Of a stretch of 64,000 nucleotides of DNA, positions 28,240-38,828 are shown one piece after another. Both the position numbers and the translations under genes were made by a program. The notes under the pieces were generated by a model. It searched no databases. It saw nothing but the letters and a program-made list of their open reading frames with translations, and had not been told where the DNA came from. Every line of letters begins with the position of its first letter. Within the stretch, counting starts at the first letter, position 1. Origin of the DNA: Planctomycetota bacterium. GTDB lineage: Bacteria; Planctomycetota; UBA1135. Location of the stretch: assembly GCA_045047305.1 (NCBI GenBank), contig JASFYO010000021.1, positions 32,001 through 96,000 on the forward strand. The letters are read 5' to 3'.

Positions 28240-30273
28240 TTAATTGCCTATCGAATTACTGATTTTCCCGAACCATGGATGCTTTTTAAGGCTCAACGTG
28301 ATCTCTGGTTTGTTGGTTTTGGTGCGCATTTCAAACACAGCATCCATGGGATACCACAAACGTTGCCATTGAGCCGATGCTTGGTCTCGCGTCGGCCGAA
28401 GAAGCTCTGCCGATTTCTCTACGGAACCTTTTACTTTGACCAGAATGCCAAAAAGAGGCTCTCCGATAACACGGAACCAAGACTCCCCATGAGCCCCTTT
28501 CAAGTGAAGTGACAATCCATTAATCGTAACCTCGCGACGGTCAATGATGACTTCCGCTTGGAGGGTGAAGGGACCGCCAAGTTCTAATTTGGCAACATCT
28601 TCTGGGTTGTCGGTGACGTCGATAAAGTGGGGTAGTGCTTTGCTCGGTTGAACCATCACCTCAGCCCCATCTTTGCCAATAAAACGAGCTTGCAAGAATT
28701 GATAACGCCCAACGGGGATTAACTGCTCCTTTCCTTTTCTTGCTGCAAGGTCCACCACCAAACCTTTGGTGTGGGAGGAGTTGCTCACCAGAAGAATGCT
28801 CGCCGGCTGTATTTTTTTTACTCCAGTGACCGAATATTGGATGCGGCCAAGGTTCGGATTCACTTGCGTCAGCTCAACACTACCGGGCGCATCAATCCCG
28901 GGAAGTTTTATCTCAAACCAGCGGCCTTTGGCGTCCGGCATGTAGCGTGAGAAGGGCCATGAGGCTTTACTTTTGCCCAAAGTCATGGCATCTGGCCGGT
29001 AGATGAAAACATCCTTCATCAAGCCTTCAGCCCAGATTTGCTTCATCTCTGGGTAACCGAATTGGCCATCACTGTTGGTATCGTAAAGTGTAAATTCACC
29101 AAATGGAGTTTTGCTGCGCTGGATCAATGCAGACCGGAAAAAAATCGCACCTCCATCCTCAGAAGGTTCCAGATTAATGGTGACACCTTGATAAACATCG
29201 TCAGCGGTTCCGGTGCAGAGTTCTAAAGTGAATGGACGGACAATGCCATCTGCATGTTTCCGCATAACAACGAACGACTCTGGATGTGGACCCACCCGAA
29301 AGGGTTTGGTCTCTTCGGCACCGGCTTCCAAGGTGAACTTTAATTTGTCGACTCTTATCAAGCGCACCGGAGGATTAATACCCTGGAAGGTAAATTGTTC
29401 CCCAATTTTTGGGAGGTTGTCACGGGTCCAACTGAAATGGTCGTAATCAGCAAGATCAGAACCATGGCGAATCGAACCAGGTTTTTTGTTTTTCGCGACT
29501 TCCATTGGAGATACCGAGATTTCGACTCCTTCCATAGGCAAAATCTCTTCCTTATTCACCTTATCCTCCTTCACGTATCCCCCTTCCTTAGCGTTGGGAT
29601 CCTCAATACCAAGCATGGACCGCAGCTCCGCGGTAGCTTTTTCCGCGTTGGAGAACACGACGTCATTGGTTAGGCCCAATCGTTCTCTGGACTCCACCAC
29701 TTTGAGATAAGCATCCAATGCGATCTGTGCATCAGCTCCCTCTTCGTGGTAATTCGGATGGTGCAAGTTGCCCACGATATTGTAAGCCAGGGCTGTGTAA
29801 TACATATCGCCGGTGTTCTCCAACGATGTCGCCAAATCTTTGGCATCTTCCCGTAAGGTCCGCCAGGGAACATCTTCCTTGCGCATAGCCGCAAGATGCA
29901 TTCGATTGATGCGCGGAAAATCCTTGAGCAAGAGATTTCGACGAATTTCAATCATACTCGGTGACAAACGCTGCAAATAGCGATCGTAGTTGCGTCCAAA
30001 ATCCGTGTGGTAGGTGTCATTCCAAGTTTGGATAAACAACTCCAGCCATAAATCCAAATCTGGATCGTCAGCCCCAAAAGCACGACGCCCGGCCTTGCCC
30101 ATAAAGCTGAGGACCGCATCCTCACGGTAACGTCGCAGAGCTTTCGACATGCCCTTCGAATCACCAACCTCGTTTGCCTCTAGCAGTGCCTTGGTGAACT
30201 CAATCACTTTCCCCGGATTCTGGGGAGCGGCGGCGCATAGAGGGACAAGCAGCAACAGGGTGGAAATCACCAT
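28240..30273 (-). CDS. Hypothetical secreted protein (helical N-half, beta-rich C-half)
   Basis: 677-aa ORF with a hydrophobic N-terminus ending AAAPQ; TAGAAT just upstream; no family recognised. Confidence 0.8.
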   Translation of the reverse strand: MVISTLLLLVPLCAAAPQNPGKVIEFTKALLEANEVGDSKGMSKALRRYREDAVLSFMGKAGRRAFGADDPDLDLWLELFIQTWNDTYHTDFGRNYDRYLQRLSPSMIEIRRNLLLKDFPRINRMHLAAMRKEDVPWRTLREDAKDLATSLENTGDMYYTALAYNIVGNLHHPNYHEEGADAQIALDAYLKVVESRERLGLTNDVVFSNAEKATAELRSMLGIEDPNAKEGGYVKEDKVNKEEILPMEGVEISVSPMEVAKNKKPGSIRHGSDLADYDHFSWTRDNLPKIGEQFTFQGINPPVRLIRVDKLKFTLEAGAEETKPFRVGPHPESFVVMRKHADGIVRPFTLELCTGTADDVYQGVTINLEPSEDGGAIFFRSALIQRSKTPFGEFTLYDTNSDGQFGYPEMKQIWAEGLMKDVFIYRPDAMTLGKSKASWPFSRYMPDAKGRWFEIKLPGIDAPGSVELTQVNPNLGRIQYSVTGVKKIQPASILLVSNSSHTKGLVVDLAARKGKEQLIPVGRYQFLQARFIGKDGAEVMVQPSKALPHFIDVTDNPEDVAKLELGGPFTLQAEVIIDRREVTINGLSLHLKGAHGESWFRVIGEPLFGILVKVKGSVEKSAELLRPTRDQASAQWQRLWYPMDAVFEMRTKTNKPEITLSLKKHPWFGKISNSIGN

Positions 30274-30303
30274 GATGGATTCTATCAGGGCGACGGAGCC
30301 CGA

Positions 30304-31098
30304 TTACCGGCTCTTTTTACGAGACTGTTGTTGAAGAAACTGTTTTTCTTTGTGACTCAAGCTTGGCATCCCCTCGCGGCTAATTTTTGCCAAGATTTTG
30401 TCCATGCGTTCATCGTCCTTAGCACTCAAATCAGCCGATTTCAGTTTTCTCTTTGCCCTCCGTTTGGCCAATATGGGCAACCAAGGAGCATCAAAACGCT
30501 GAAATCCACCGACGGCGATCCAACCAACCAAGCCCCCAGCAAGATGCACCACATTCGCTTTGCCGTCGCCTTGATTTGCCATACTTGCGAGAAGCCAAAG
30601 CGAATCCAAAACCACCAAGAACAGGAAAAAATGTAGCAATCGAACCTGTATGAAAATTAGGCTAAGCACCCGTTGCGGATACATCGCAGCTGAGGAGGCC
30701 AATACTGCAGATACTAAACCAGAAGCGCCCAAGACTGGAATTGCAAATTGGGCCGGCATCATCCAGGCGAAAAGAAGTGTTGCTCCGGCTCCAGCCAAGG
30801 CTGCCTTCAAAAGATATAGCACAAAACGTTTGCCCGGAAACAAGCGTTCGATTTCTGGGGCGAATAGCGCAAACATCCAGCCATTCATCAGAAGGTGAAA
30901 AATATTTCTGGGGTCATGCAGAAAGGTGTAGGTGACCAAACCAGGAAGTTTCAACCAATTCCCATGGAAGAGCCCCGCCGGGTCCAAGAGAAACCAAGGC
31001 GTGAGCCCAGTGGTCCACAATCCAAGCACAAAATCGACCACCCATATGGCGGCCCATAAAATTAGGAGGCGACGAACAATTGGAGTCAGAGCAATCAT
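30304..31098 (-). CDS. Rhomboid intramembrane serine protease with DUF6576-like C-terminal tail
   Basis: TYTFLH..HLLMN, GASG (Ser), HLAG (His); tail [18 protein letters not shown]. Confidence 0.92.
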   Translation of the reverse strand: MIALTPIVRRLLILWAAIWVVDFVLGLWTTGLTPWFLLDPAGLFHGNWLKLPGLVTYTFLHDPRNIFHLLMNGWMFALFAPEIERLFPGKRFVLYLLKAALAGAGATLLFAWMMPAQFAIPVLGASGLVSAVLASSAAMYPQRVLSLIFIQVRLLHFFLFLVVLDSLWLLASMANQGDGKANVVHLAGGLVGWIAVGGFQRFDAPWLPILAKRRAKRKLKSADLSAKDDERMDKILAKISREGMPSLSHKEKQFLQQQSRKKSR

Positions 31099-31138
31099 GG
31101 CTTACAATCCTATTCTAGACTCTGACGCTTCAACTTCC

Positions 31139-32017
31139 ATGACTACCTCTTCCTCTTCCGCACAAATCCTCGACGGCAAGGCGCTGTCGATTCAAGTACT
31201 TGACGAGCTGCAATCTATCGTGGCGGCAAGGAAGGTTGCCGGTAAATCCCAGCCTGGGCTTGCTACGATTTTGGTGGGCGAAGACCCAGCTTCGCATATT
31301 TATGTTCGTAATAAGCGCAGAGCGTGCGAAAAGGTAGGAGTTGTTAGTTTCCACCACGAACTGCCTGCAGAAACTGGCCAAGCGGAATTGCTAGAACTCA
31401 TTGCGGCCCTTAATGCAGATGACAACGTACACGGGATCCTAGTCCAACTTCCCTTGCCACGCGACTTCGATTACAACGAAAACGATGTTCTTGCGGCGAT
31501 CGATCCGCAAAAAGATGCCGATGGCTTTCATCCTTACAATCAAGGTGCCTTACTTCAAGGCCGAATAGCACCTATCCCCTGCACGCCCAAAGGGGTTATG
31601 CGCTTGCTAGATTTAGCCAAGCTCGACTTGTCTGGTTTGCATGCGGTCGTGGTGGGACGCAGCAATATTGTAGGTAAGCCGGTAGCCTTGTTACTGCTGG
31701 CCCGCCACATGACCGTCACTATTTGCCACTCCCGCACGAAAAACTTAGCAGCCGAGGTAAGACGAGCCGACGTTGTAGTGGCCGCCGTTGGGGTTGCTGA
31801 ATTGGTGCAAGGCGATTGGGTCAAACCTGGAGCAGTGGTGCTCGATGTTGGCATTAACCGTAACACAGAAGGAAAACTAGTAGGTGACGTAGATTTCCAT
31901 GCTGCTGCGCAACACGCTGCCTGGATCACCCCAGTCCCCGGCGGGGTTGGTCCAATGACCATCGGAATGCTGCTGCAAAATACTGTGGAAGCAGCTAGTC
32001 GCAAAGACTCGATTTAG
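31139..32017 (+). CDS. folD: Methylenetetrahydrofolate dehydrogenase/cyclohydrolase
   Basis: [47 protein letters not shown]. Confidence 0.97.
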   Translation: MTTSSSSAQILDGKALSIQVLDELQSIVAARKVAGKSQPGLATILVGEDPASHIYVRNKRRACEKVGVVSFHHELPAETGQAELLELIAALNADDNVHGILVQLPLPRDFDYNENDVLAAIDPQKDADGFHPYNQGALLQGRIAPIPCTPKGVMRLLDLAKLDLSGLHAVVVGRSNIVGKPVALLLLARHMTVTICHSRTKNLAAEVRRADVVVAAVGVAELVQGDWVKPGAVVLDVGINRNTEGKLVGDVDFHAAAQHAAWITPVPGGVGPMTIGMLLQNTVEAASRKDSI

Positions 32018-33009
32018 AAGTTTCTTTCGCCTAAAAACTGAGTGAGCCTAGCCAACTCGGAGGCCACCTCTTGTTGTGGCAGTTTCCCTAGTTGACGGGT
32101 GGATTCACTCAACATGGCTTCTACCTCTTTCCGGCAAACACGCATGGCCTCATTCATGGAATCAGCAAATGGGGGCTGATACAGGACTTTGCGGTCGGTT
32201 CCTTTGAGGAAAAGTTCTTCTAATAAAACGCAATCGGGTTGATTCAAGCTTTCGCGTAATCGAATCAGAGGCAGAGTCATTTTGCCCCTCTGCCAATCCG
32301 TTCCGAGAGATTTTCCGACTTTGGTTTCGGAACCTGCAAGATCCAACATATCGTCGACCACTTGGAATGCTCTGCCAGCAAGAAGACCATAACGCGCCGC
32401 GGCATCACACATGCCTAAATCAGCGCCGGAGTAATGAGCAGCAAGGCGTCCACCGGCTTCAAATAATGCGGCTGTTTTGCCATCGATTTGAGAAAAGTAA
32501 TCCTTCTCACTGAGGGAGAACAATCCCCGGGTCAGGTTTTGGTGCATCTCCCCTGCGCAAACACGGCCTGTGGCCTCTGACAATACTTGAGAACAAGTCT
32601 GATCATGCATTCGCGTACTTGCTGCGAATGCTTGGCTATAAATCCAATCTCCAAGCAAAACGGCTGTGTGTGCCCCCCATTCCACGTGGAGACAATCCAA
32701 CTTGCGCCGTTCTTGCGCCTCATCAAGCAAGTCATCATGCACCAAAGTGGCGCTATGAATCATTTCAATGATGCCGGCGACTTGAATATGGGCCTGGGTT
32801 AAGGAGCCGCAAGCTTTACCGATTAACAACACCTGGGCTGCCCGTAATCGTTTTCCTTTAAAACGGGCGACATAATCCAACAATGGCTTCAGCACGGGGG
32901 GCCCCGCTGAAAGCTGCTGCAAAATCCAGGCATCGACAAGTTCAAGATCTTCTTCTACGCTGCGCAGAAGATCTGTCATCGATAGTTCAGAAGTTGATGG
33001 GGAAGCCAT
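32014..33009 (-). CDS. Polyprenyl (octaprenyl/heptaprenyl-type) diphosphate synthase
   Basis: [50 protein letters not shown] overlap with the mobA stop. Confidence 0.93.
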   Translation of the reverse strand: MASPSTSELSMTDLLRSVEEDLELVDAWILQQLSAGPPVLKPLLDYVARFKGKRLRAAQVLLIGKACGSLTQAHIQVAGIIEMIHSATLVHDDLLDEAQERRKLDCLHVEWGAHTAVLLGDWIYSQAFAASTRMHDQTCSQVLSEATGRVCAGEMHQNLTRGLFSLSEKDYFSQIDGKTAALFEAGGRLAAHYSGADLGMCDAAARYGLLAGRAFQVVDDMLDLAGSETKVGKSLGTDWQRGKMTLPLIRLRESLNQPDCVLLEELFLKGTDRKVLYQPPFADSMNEAMRVCRKEVEAMLSESTRQLGKLPQQEVASELARLTQFLGERNF

Positions 33010-33620
33010 CAGATAGTGGGTTTGATGATCGAGGTGGAACGCCAAGTCTTGAGTTCAGCGGGGGTGTTCAAGTTCTGCAGGCCTGAAGATAGCTCATCAG
33101 GAGGAGTCCAAGACACAACTCCGGACCACGTTAAAAAACGAAACAAGCTGGACTCTCCGGCGTGAATAGCTTCATGCATAGCTCTAAAACAAGATTGCGG
33201 CAAGGCTACAGGGAAGCCTGCTCGACGGTTGGGACCTTTTGTCACGCAGGCTAGTTTTTGGCTGGCGGCTTGGCGTTGAAAGGCTTTTAGGAAGTCTTCA
33301 CTTAAACCAGGCATATCAACCGGTAGGATTAAAGCCCACTCGGTCGAGACTTGCGCCAATGCACTCACGAGGGCGTGGAAAGGGCCGTGTGGCGGCTGAG
33401 GGTCCGCTAAATGGTGACGCTCTCCTGGGATAGGCTCGCCACCCAAAATAAAATATTCCATGCAGGTCTTACGCAAAAGTCTCCGAGCGTGATCGGAAAA
33501 AGTTTGGCAGCAGTTGGATGAAAGTAAAATTTTCGACTTACTTCGACCCATACGGGAGGAATCACCGCCAGCAAGGAGCAAGCCGGTCCATAACTCAGGG
33601 ATGCAATGGGCCGCTGCCAA
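33009..33620 (-). CDS. mobA: Molybdenum cofactor guanylyltransferase (MobA-like NTP transferase)
   Basis: LLAGGDSSRMGRSK, GP, VDMP, NLNTP; TTG start with GAGGAG 8 nt upstream. Confidence 0.8.
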   Translation of the reverse strand: MAAAHCIPELWTGLLLAGGDSSRMGRSKSKILLSSNCCQTFSDHARRLLRKTCMEYFILGGEPIPGERHHLADPQPPHGPFHALVSALAQVSTEWALILPVDMPGLSEDFLKAFQRQAASQKLACVTKGPNRRAGFPVALPQSCFRAMHEAIHAGESSLFRFLTWSGVVSWTPPDELSSGLQNLNTPAELKTWRSTSIIKPTI

Positions 33621-33624
33621 AGAA

Positions 33625-33870
33625 TTACTCCTCTGATTTTTTGTCTTTGCCATCGTCGGAATCATCCTCCGACTCGCCTTCTTTGAGGCCCTTTTTAAAT
33701 TCATGAACTCCCGAACCCATGCCGCGCATTAAGGACGGCAATTTAGCGCCACCAAACAAAAGTAGCACAACGAGACCAATGACCATCACCTCTGGACCAC
33801 CAAGCATGCAGCTTGGAAGAGTCAGAGCTAGGATCGGAAGAAGGAGGTAGTGACGTGCGGAAAGATTCAT
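33625..33870 (-). CDS. tatA: Twin-arginine translocase subunit TatA/E with N-terminal extension
   Basis: [17 protein letters not shown]...GMG....EFKKG and an acidic tail; alternative start at 33807. Confidence 0.93.
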   Translation of the reverse strand: MNLSARHYLLLPILALTLPSCMLGGPEVMVIGLVVLLLFGGAKLPSLMRGMGSGVHEFKKGLKEGESEDDSDDGKDKKSEE

Positions 33871-33891
33871 GCGAGACTTGCCTTTAGGACC

Positions 33892-33918
33892 ATTCTATCC
33901 ATTTCCTCGGCGCGTCAA
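33892..33918 (-). promoter_or_regulatory. Sigma-70-type promoter for tatA-mobA-polyprenyl synthase
   Basis: TTGACG-N15-TAGAAT on the minus strand, downstream of the sucD terminator; the spacer is short. Confidence 0.5.
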
Positions 33919-33944
33919 GGCCTGGAAATGTACAACAAGAGGAC

Positions 33945-33980
33945 AAAAGCAAACCGGCTCAGGAAATCCCAAGCCGGTTT
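33945..33980 (-). terminator. Rho-independent terminator of sucCD
   Basis: Minus strand CCGGCTTGGG-ATTT-CCTGAGCCGG (two G-U pairs) followed by TTTGCTTTT. Confidence 0.75.
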
Positions 33981-34003
33981 ATCGATTTTTGGAAGCAGGA
34001 GGC

Positions 34004-34897
34004 CTAAGAGATGCCTTTTTCGGCTCTCAATGCGGCAAGGGTGCGGCCTAAATCCGAAGGTGTTGGAGCAACCCGAACACCAGCAGCAGTGAGGGCTTCG
34101 ATCTTGGAATCTGCGGTTCCACTGCCTCCAGAAATGATGGCGCCAGCATGGCCCATTCGCTTTCCAGGAGGAGCTGTGCGGCCGGCAATGAAGCCAACCA
34201 CGGGCTTGGTCACGTTGCTCTTGATGAACTCCGCAGCTTCTTCCTCGGCAGTTCCACCGATTTCGCCAATCATGATGATGGAATCGGTCTCTGGATCGTC
34301 CTGGAAAGCGCTCAAGACGTCGATGAAGTTGGTGCCAGGAATCGGGTCACCACCAATGCCGACGCAGGTGGACTGTCCGAGACCTTCACTGGTGACTTGC
34401 CACACAGCTTCATAGGTCAAGGTGCCGGAGCGGCTGACAATGCCCACGGTGCCTGGATTGTGGATGTAAGCCGGCATAATGCCAATCTTGCAGCCACCAT
34501 CGTTGGCAGGAGTAATTACGCCAGGGCAGTTAGGCCCGACCAGACGCGTTTGGGACCCCTTCAGCGCTGCTTGTACTTTTGCCATGTCGAGGACTGGAAT
34601 GCCCTCAGTGATGCAAACGACGAGCTTAATGCCCGCATCGGCTGCCTCCAAAATAGAGTCTGCTGCAAAAGGAGCTGGGACATAAATGACCGAAGCTTCG
34701 GCGCCAGTCTCTCGAACCGCTTGATCCACGGTATCGAAGATAGGCAGGTTTAGATGAGATTGCCCACCTTTACCAGGGGTCACTCCGCCAACCATTTTGG
34801 TGCCATACTCGATGGCCTGCTCACTATGGAAGGTTCCGTTGCGGCCAGTGAAGCCCTGACAAATAACCTTGGTGTCTTTATCGATGAAGATTGCCAT
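34004..34897 (-). CDS. sucD: Succinyl-CoA synthetase alpha subunit
   Basis: [36 protein letters not shown]. Confidence 0.98.
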   Translation of the reverse strand: MAIFIDKDTKVICQGFTGRNGTFHSEQAIEYGTKMVGGVTPGKGGQSHLNLPIFDTVDQAVRETGAEASVIYVPAPFAADSILEAADAGIKLVVCITEGIPVLDMAKVQAALKGSQTRLVGPNCPGVITPANDGGCKIGIMPAYIHNPGTVGIVSRSGTLTYEAVWQVTSEGLGQSTCVGIGGDPIPGTNFIDVLSAFQDDPETDSIIMIGEIGGTAEEEAAEFIKSNVTKPVVGFIAGRTAPPGKRMGHAGAIISGGSGTADSKIEALTAAGVRVAPTPSDLGRTLAALRAEKGIS

Positions 34898-34908
34898 GAT
34901 GTTTCTCC

Positions 34909-36078
34909 TTAGGCTCCAGCTTTCACAGCTTGACAGATGAGTTTGGCGCCTTCGTCGAGGGAGGCTGCCGAGGTGATATCAAGACCGCTCTCTGCGAGCA
35001 ACTTGCGACCTTCATCCACGTTGGTGCCTTCTAGACGTACCACCAATGGAATGCTGATGTCGACGGTTTTAGCCGCGCCAATCACGCCGCGCGCGATGAT
35101 GTCGCACTTCATGATGCCACCGAAAATGTTGACCAGAATGCCCTTCACTTTCTCATCGGAAAGGATGATGCGGAAGGCTTCGGTAATGGCTTCTTCTGTA
35201 GCTCCACCACCGACGTCCAGGAAGTTGGCTGGAGTGCAGCCATGCAGGTTAATGGTGTCCATGGTGGCCATGGCCAAACCGGCGCCATTCACCATGCAAC
35301 CGATAGAACCATCCAGAGAGATGTAATTCAGGCCAAAACGCGATGCTTCGACTTCTTTTAAATCTTCCTCATTTTCATCGCGCATTTCAGCGAGATCCTG
35401 ATGCCGATACATCGCGTTGGAATCGAAGCTCATTTTCGCATCCAAGGCAACGACTTCCCCTTGGTCAGTGATGACCAGAGGGTTGATTTCTGCGATTTCG
35501 CAATCGAGCTCCATGTAGGCCTGAGAAAGCCCCATAAGGAATGGAACTGCCTTTTTGACTTGAGCCGGATTAAATCCGAGGAAAAAAGCTGCCCGGCGGG
35601 CCTGATACGGCTCCAGGCCACGCAGTGGATCGATCGGCAGGCGTAAAAGCGCATCCGGGTCGGTTTCGGCGATGGTTTCAATCTCAACGCCGCCATCGGC
35701 GCAGGCCATTAACACTGGTACACCCAAATGACGGTCAAGTGCAATCCCAACATACATCTCAGAGGCCAAATTAAGGCCTTCACAGATGAAGAGTTTACGC
35801 ACCAATTGTCCCTCTGGACCAGTCTGGTGGGTCTTCAGCATCATGCCGAGCATGGCGTCGGCCACTTCTTCGGCTTCTTGACGATTTTTGACCAATTTCA
35901 CGCCACCGCCCTTTCCGCGGCCTCCAGCATGAATCTGAGCTTTGACGACCGCAAGATCTCCGCCTAGCTGAGCGAAGGCCTCTCCGGCCTGTTGAGGGGT
36001 TTCAACGACAATGCCGCGCTGAGTGCGCACGCCATAGCGCTCGAGAACCTCTTTACCTTGGTATTCGTGGACTTTCAT
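34909..36078 (-). CDS. sucC: Succinyl-CoA synthetase beta subunit
   Basis: [44 protein letters not shown]. Confidence 0.98.
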   Translation of the reverse strand: MKVHEYQGKEVLERYGVRTQRGIVVETPQQAGEAFAQLGGDLAVVKAQIHAGGRGKGGGVKLVKNRQEAEEVADAMLGMMLKTHQTGPEGQLVRKLFICEGLNLASEMYVGIALDRHLGVPVLMACADGGVEIETIAETDPDALLRLPIDPLRGLEPYQARRAAFFLGFNPAQVKKAVPFLMGLSQAYMELDCEIAEINPLVITDQGEVVALDAKMSFDSNAMYRHQDLAEMRDENEEDLKEVEASRFGLNYISLDGSIGCMVNGAGLAMATMDTINLHGCTPANFLDVGGGATEEAITEAFRIILSDEKVKGILVNIFGGIMKCDIIARGVIGAAKTVDISIPLVVRLEGTNVDEGRKLLAESGLDITSAASLDEGAKLICQAVKAGA

Positions 36079-36189
36079 GGGGTACCCCGCTTCCGGGAAA
36101 CGTGGTAGGTTACAAAGGCGGTAGGAGGTCGCATAGGTTCTTCCGAAGATTTTGGAACCTAGCTTCTTACCACCAACTCTAATACCTAG

Positions 36190-37182
36190 ATGAGCCTCCC
36201 CTCTCAACGCCCAAACTACGTCCTGGTCTGGATTGGAATCGTCATGCTGACCTTCTCCATGGCAGGTAATTGGCTTTTAGAATCGCCCTCTTTCCCGTCG
36301 ACTAACTTGGCTGATTCGGCGCGACTTAGCATCGTTTACGAAGATTCTGCATTCCTTCCACCGGTAGATTCTGCTCAGGAAGACTTAGTCCCTAAGATCC
36401 CACAGGAAGTCGAAAATGTTTTCGATCAACAAATCCCTGTGCGTAGGGACGAATACTTTCTGAAAGACCAGACTTTAGCCAAGCATGAAGTGGATCTTGG
36501 TCCTCCTATCTGGGAAACTGGAAGATTATCCTTAGATTCACAACCTGAGCTGTTGGAGATCACAATCAACGACGCTGTCATACCAAGAAAAGGAATCTCA
36601 CCGGTTCATGATGGCCTCGGGTTAGGAGAGGAACAGTGGCAGTCCTTCCGCAGTAAGGCTCTTCCGGCAACGGCTCCACGTAATCGGAAACAAAAGGCCG
36701 CCGATGCTTGGGATCAAGGACAATACAACTCCTCCTGGTCGAATCGCAAGGGCTTTGCGAACCGGGGCAAGAAAGGCGCCGGCAAAAACCGCGAAATCTT
36801 CATTCAGACCCATTTCCGCCCGGCACCCAATGGTCGTATTGCGGCGAGCTTCTTCCTCGCGCGCCCACATATACAGGGGCGTATCGAGTTCCTCCAAGGC
36901 AACCAGGACGCAATGCTGGCACAAAGAGCAGAACAGTATCTTGACGCCCTTGAAGCCGTTATCCGCGAGAGTCAAGAAAATGCTTCTGAACAAGGTGCCC
37001 AAAGCCAAAAGCGAGAGCAGCTGGAGCAAATCCGACAAATGAAAGCCAAACTATTGGAGCATTTACGGCAGCGTCCAGGTGGTATCGAACTGGTGGCCGA
37101 ATTAAGCCAGATACAACTCGAAGCCTTCATGCAAAAGCTTAGCGCACAAAACCCAAGGTTTCGTGCGCTACTGAAAAGCTAG
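36190..37182 (+). CDS. Hypothetical membrane-anchored protein
   Basis: 330-aa ORF filling the gap between sucC and rpmH; N-terminal TM; helical C-terminus. Confidence 0.7.
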   Translation: MSLPSQRPNYVLVWIGIVMLTFSMAGNWLLESPSFPSTNLADSARLSIVYEDSAFLPPVDSAQEDLVPKIPQEVENVFDQQIPVRRDEYFLKDQTLAKHEVDLGPPIWETGRLSLDSQPELLEITINDAVIPRKGISPVHDGLGLGEEQWQSFRSKALPATAPRNRKQKAADAWDQGQYNSSWSNRKGFANRGKKGAGKNREIFIQTHFRPAPNGRIAASFFLARPHIQGRIEFLQGNQDAMLAQRAEQYLDALEAVIRESQENASEQGAQSQKREQLEQIRQMKAKLLEHLRQRPGGIELVAELSQIQLEAFMQKLSAQNPRFRALLKS

Positions 37183-37214
37183 TGCTGGTATCCACCCAGC
37201 GTGTCGCGCAAAGC

Positions 37215-37355
37215 CTAAGGCTTAACGAATTTACCGTGACGACGACGCTTGCGGCGAATGATGGCACGGCCGCCTGCGGTTTTAGAACGGGAACGGAAGC
37301 CGTACTTGCGACGCTTGTTGTTCGACTTGCGGATGTTTGTTTTGCGGCCTTTCAT
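37215..37355 (-). CDS. rpmH: 50S ribosomal protein L34 (not in the ORF track, 46 aa)
   Basis: Manual translation MKGRKTNIRKSNNKRRKYGFRSRSKTAGGRAIIRRKRRRHGKFVKP matches the L34 pattern GFRxRxxTxxGRxxxxRxR. Confidence 0.9.
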   Translation of the reverse strand: MKGRKTNIRKSNNKRRKYGFRSRSKTAGGRAIIRRKRRRHGKFVKP

Positions 37356-37379
37356 GGTCGTATTGGGCGAGTTTCGGGG

Positions 37380-38825
37380 TTAGCCGAGTTGGTCGAATCG
37401 GATGATCCGCACGGTGTTGGTCACTCCAGAAACCGAAAAGGTTCCGGTCAGAGCGACGAGGTATTGCTCCGGACGCAGTGCGTGATGTTCTCCTAGATAA
37501 ACTGCCGCTTGGCGGTTCATCTCACGAAAACGACGGACTTTGGACAGTCTGCCGGGACTCACGCCCCAGTAAAGGGACATCCGATGAAAAGAACGTTCCT
37601 TTGCCGACAACGCCACAATGGGCGCCTTGGCGCGAAACGAGCTGACCAGTCTAGCCGAACGCCCAGACTCAGTAAAGGCCAGAATGAGGGCTGCTTTGGC
37701 CTGATGGGAAGCAAAGACTGCCGCGTTTACGGTAGCCATTTCGATGCTGGTCTTTTTGAGGCCACCAGTGGGGCGAATCGAAGGACGTAGACGCCAAGTA
37801 TCATGGAATTGCCCCGATTCAGTCTTCTTGGCAATGAGCTGCATAATCCGACATGTTTCAACCGGATAGGCCCCAATTGCCGTCTCTCCGCTCAGCATGA
37901 CACAATCGGCACCATCGAGCACAGCATTGGCCACGTCGCTCACTTCCGCGCGGGTGGGCTGATCCGCCTCAATCATGCTTTCGAGCATTTGGGTGGCTAC
38001 GACCACTGGGCAAGCGCGCTCGATTGCCATGCGCACAATACGTTTTTGCAGAGTTGGAACAATCGCATGCCCCATCTCCACGGCGAGATCTCCACGCGCC
38101 ACCATAACACCATCACTGACATCGAAAATCCCTTCCAGCTCATCGATGGCTTGTGGGTGTTCGATTTTAGCCATGACTGGAATCGTGAAGTTATGTTTTT
38201 TCAATTCCTTGTGCACAGCCTCTACATCTTCGGCTCTGCGCACGAAACTAAGCGCCAACCAATCCACCTTATGCTCCACGGCAAAGGCAATGTCGGTGCG
38301 ATCCTTCGCCGAAAGTGCGGGTGCTGAAACCTCACTGTCGGGCAGGTTCACGCCAGAATGCGACATAACGGTGCCACCGCGCCGCACCTTGCACGCAATA
38401 GTTTTAGAGCCAATCGAGCGGACTTTAAGTTCTACGCGGCCATCCCGAATGAGAATCCGATCTCCCACAGCTAAATCCCGCTTGAGATTACGGTAATCAA
38501 TGGATAGCGAGCCGTCTTTCTTTTCGACTTTACTGGCAATCACTATGACATCTTCCCCACGTTGCAGGATTCGTGGTTGGTTCAGAGAGCCAAGCCGGAT
38601 GCGTGGGCCGCGCAGGTCAACAAGAATAGAAATCGGTTTGCCTAATTCACGACGAATCCTTTTCACCGAGCGAATCCACTTGGCACAAGTTGCGGCGTCG
38701 CCATGGCTCATGTTCAAACGGAAGCCATTCACCCCCGCGCGCACCATTTCGCGAATCCGGGCCGGCGTAGCGCAGGCAGGACCGAGAGTCGCAAGGACTT
38801 TCGTACGTCGGGGATTCACGAACAT
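37380..38825 (-). CDS. pyk: Pyruvate kinase
   Basis: RRTKVLATLGP, RLNMSHG, AKIE, MVARGDL, ATQMLESM, MLSGETA. Confidence 0.97.
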   Translation of the reverse strand: MFVNPRRTKVLATLGPACATPARIREMVRAGVNGFRLNMSHGDAATCAKWIRSVKRIRRELGKPISILVDLRGPRIRLGSLNQPRILQRGEDVIVIASKVEKKDGSLSIDYRNLKRDLAVGDRILIRDGRVELKVRSIGSKTIACKVRRGGTVMSHSGVNLPDSEVSAPALSAKDRTDIAFAVEHKVDWLALSFVRRAEDVEAVHKELKKHNFTIPVMAKIEHPQAIDELEGIFDVSDGVMVARGDLAVEMGHAIVPTLQKRIVRMAIERACPVVVATQMLESMIEADQPTRAEVSDVANAVLDGADCVMLSGETAIGAYPVETCRIMQLIAKKTESGQFHDTWRLRPSIRPTGGLKKTSIEMATVNAAVFASHQAKAALILAFTESGRSARLVSSFRAKAPIVALSAKERSFHRMSLYWGVSPGRLSKVRRFREMNRQAAVYLGEHHALRPEQYLVALTGTFSVSGVTNTVRIIRFDQLG

Positions 38826-38828
38826 GAA

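Noticed and set aside
37182..37496. 104-aa plus-strand ORF
   Set aside because: Antisense to rpmH and the end of pyk
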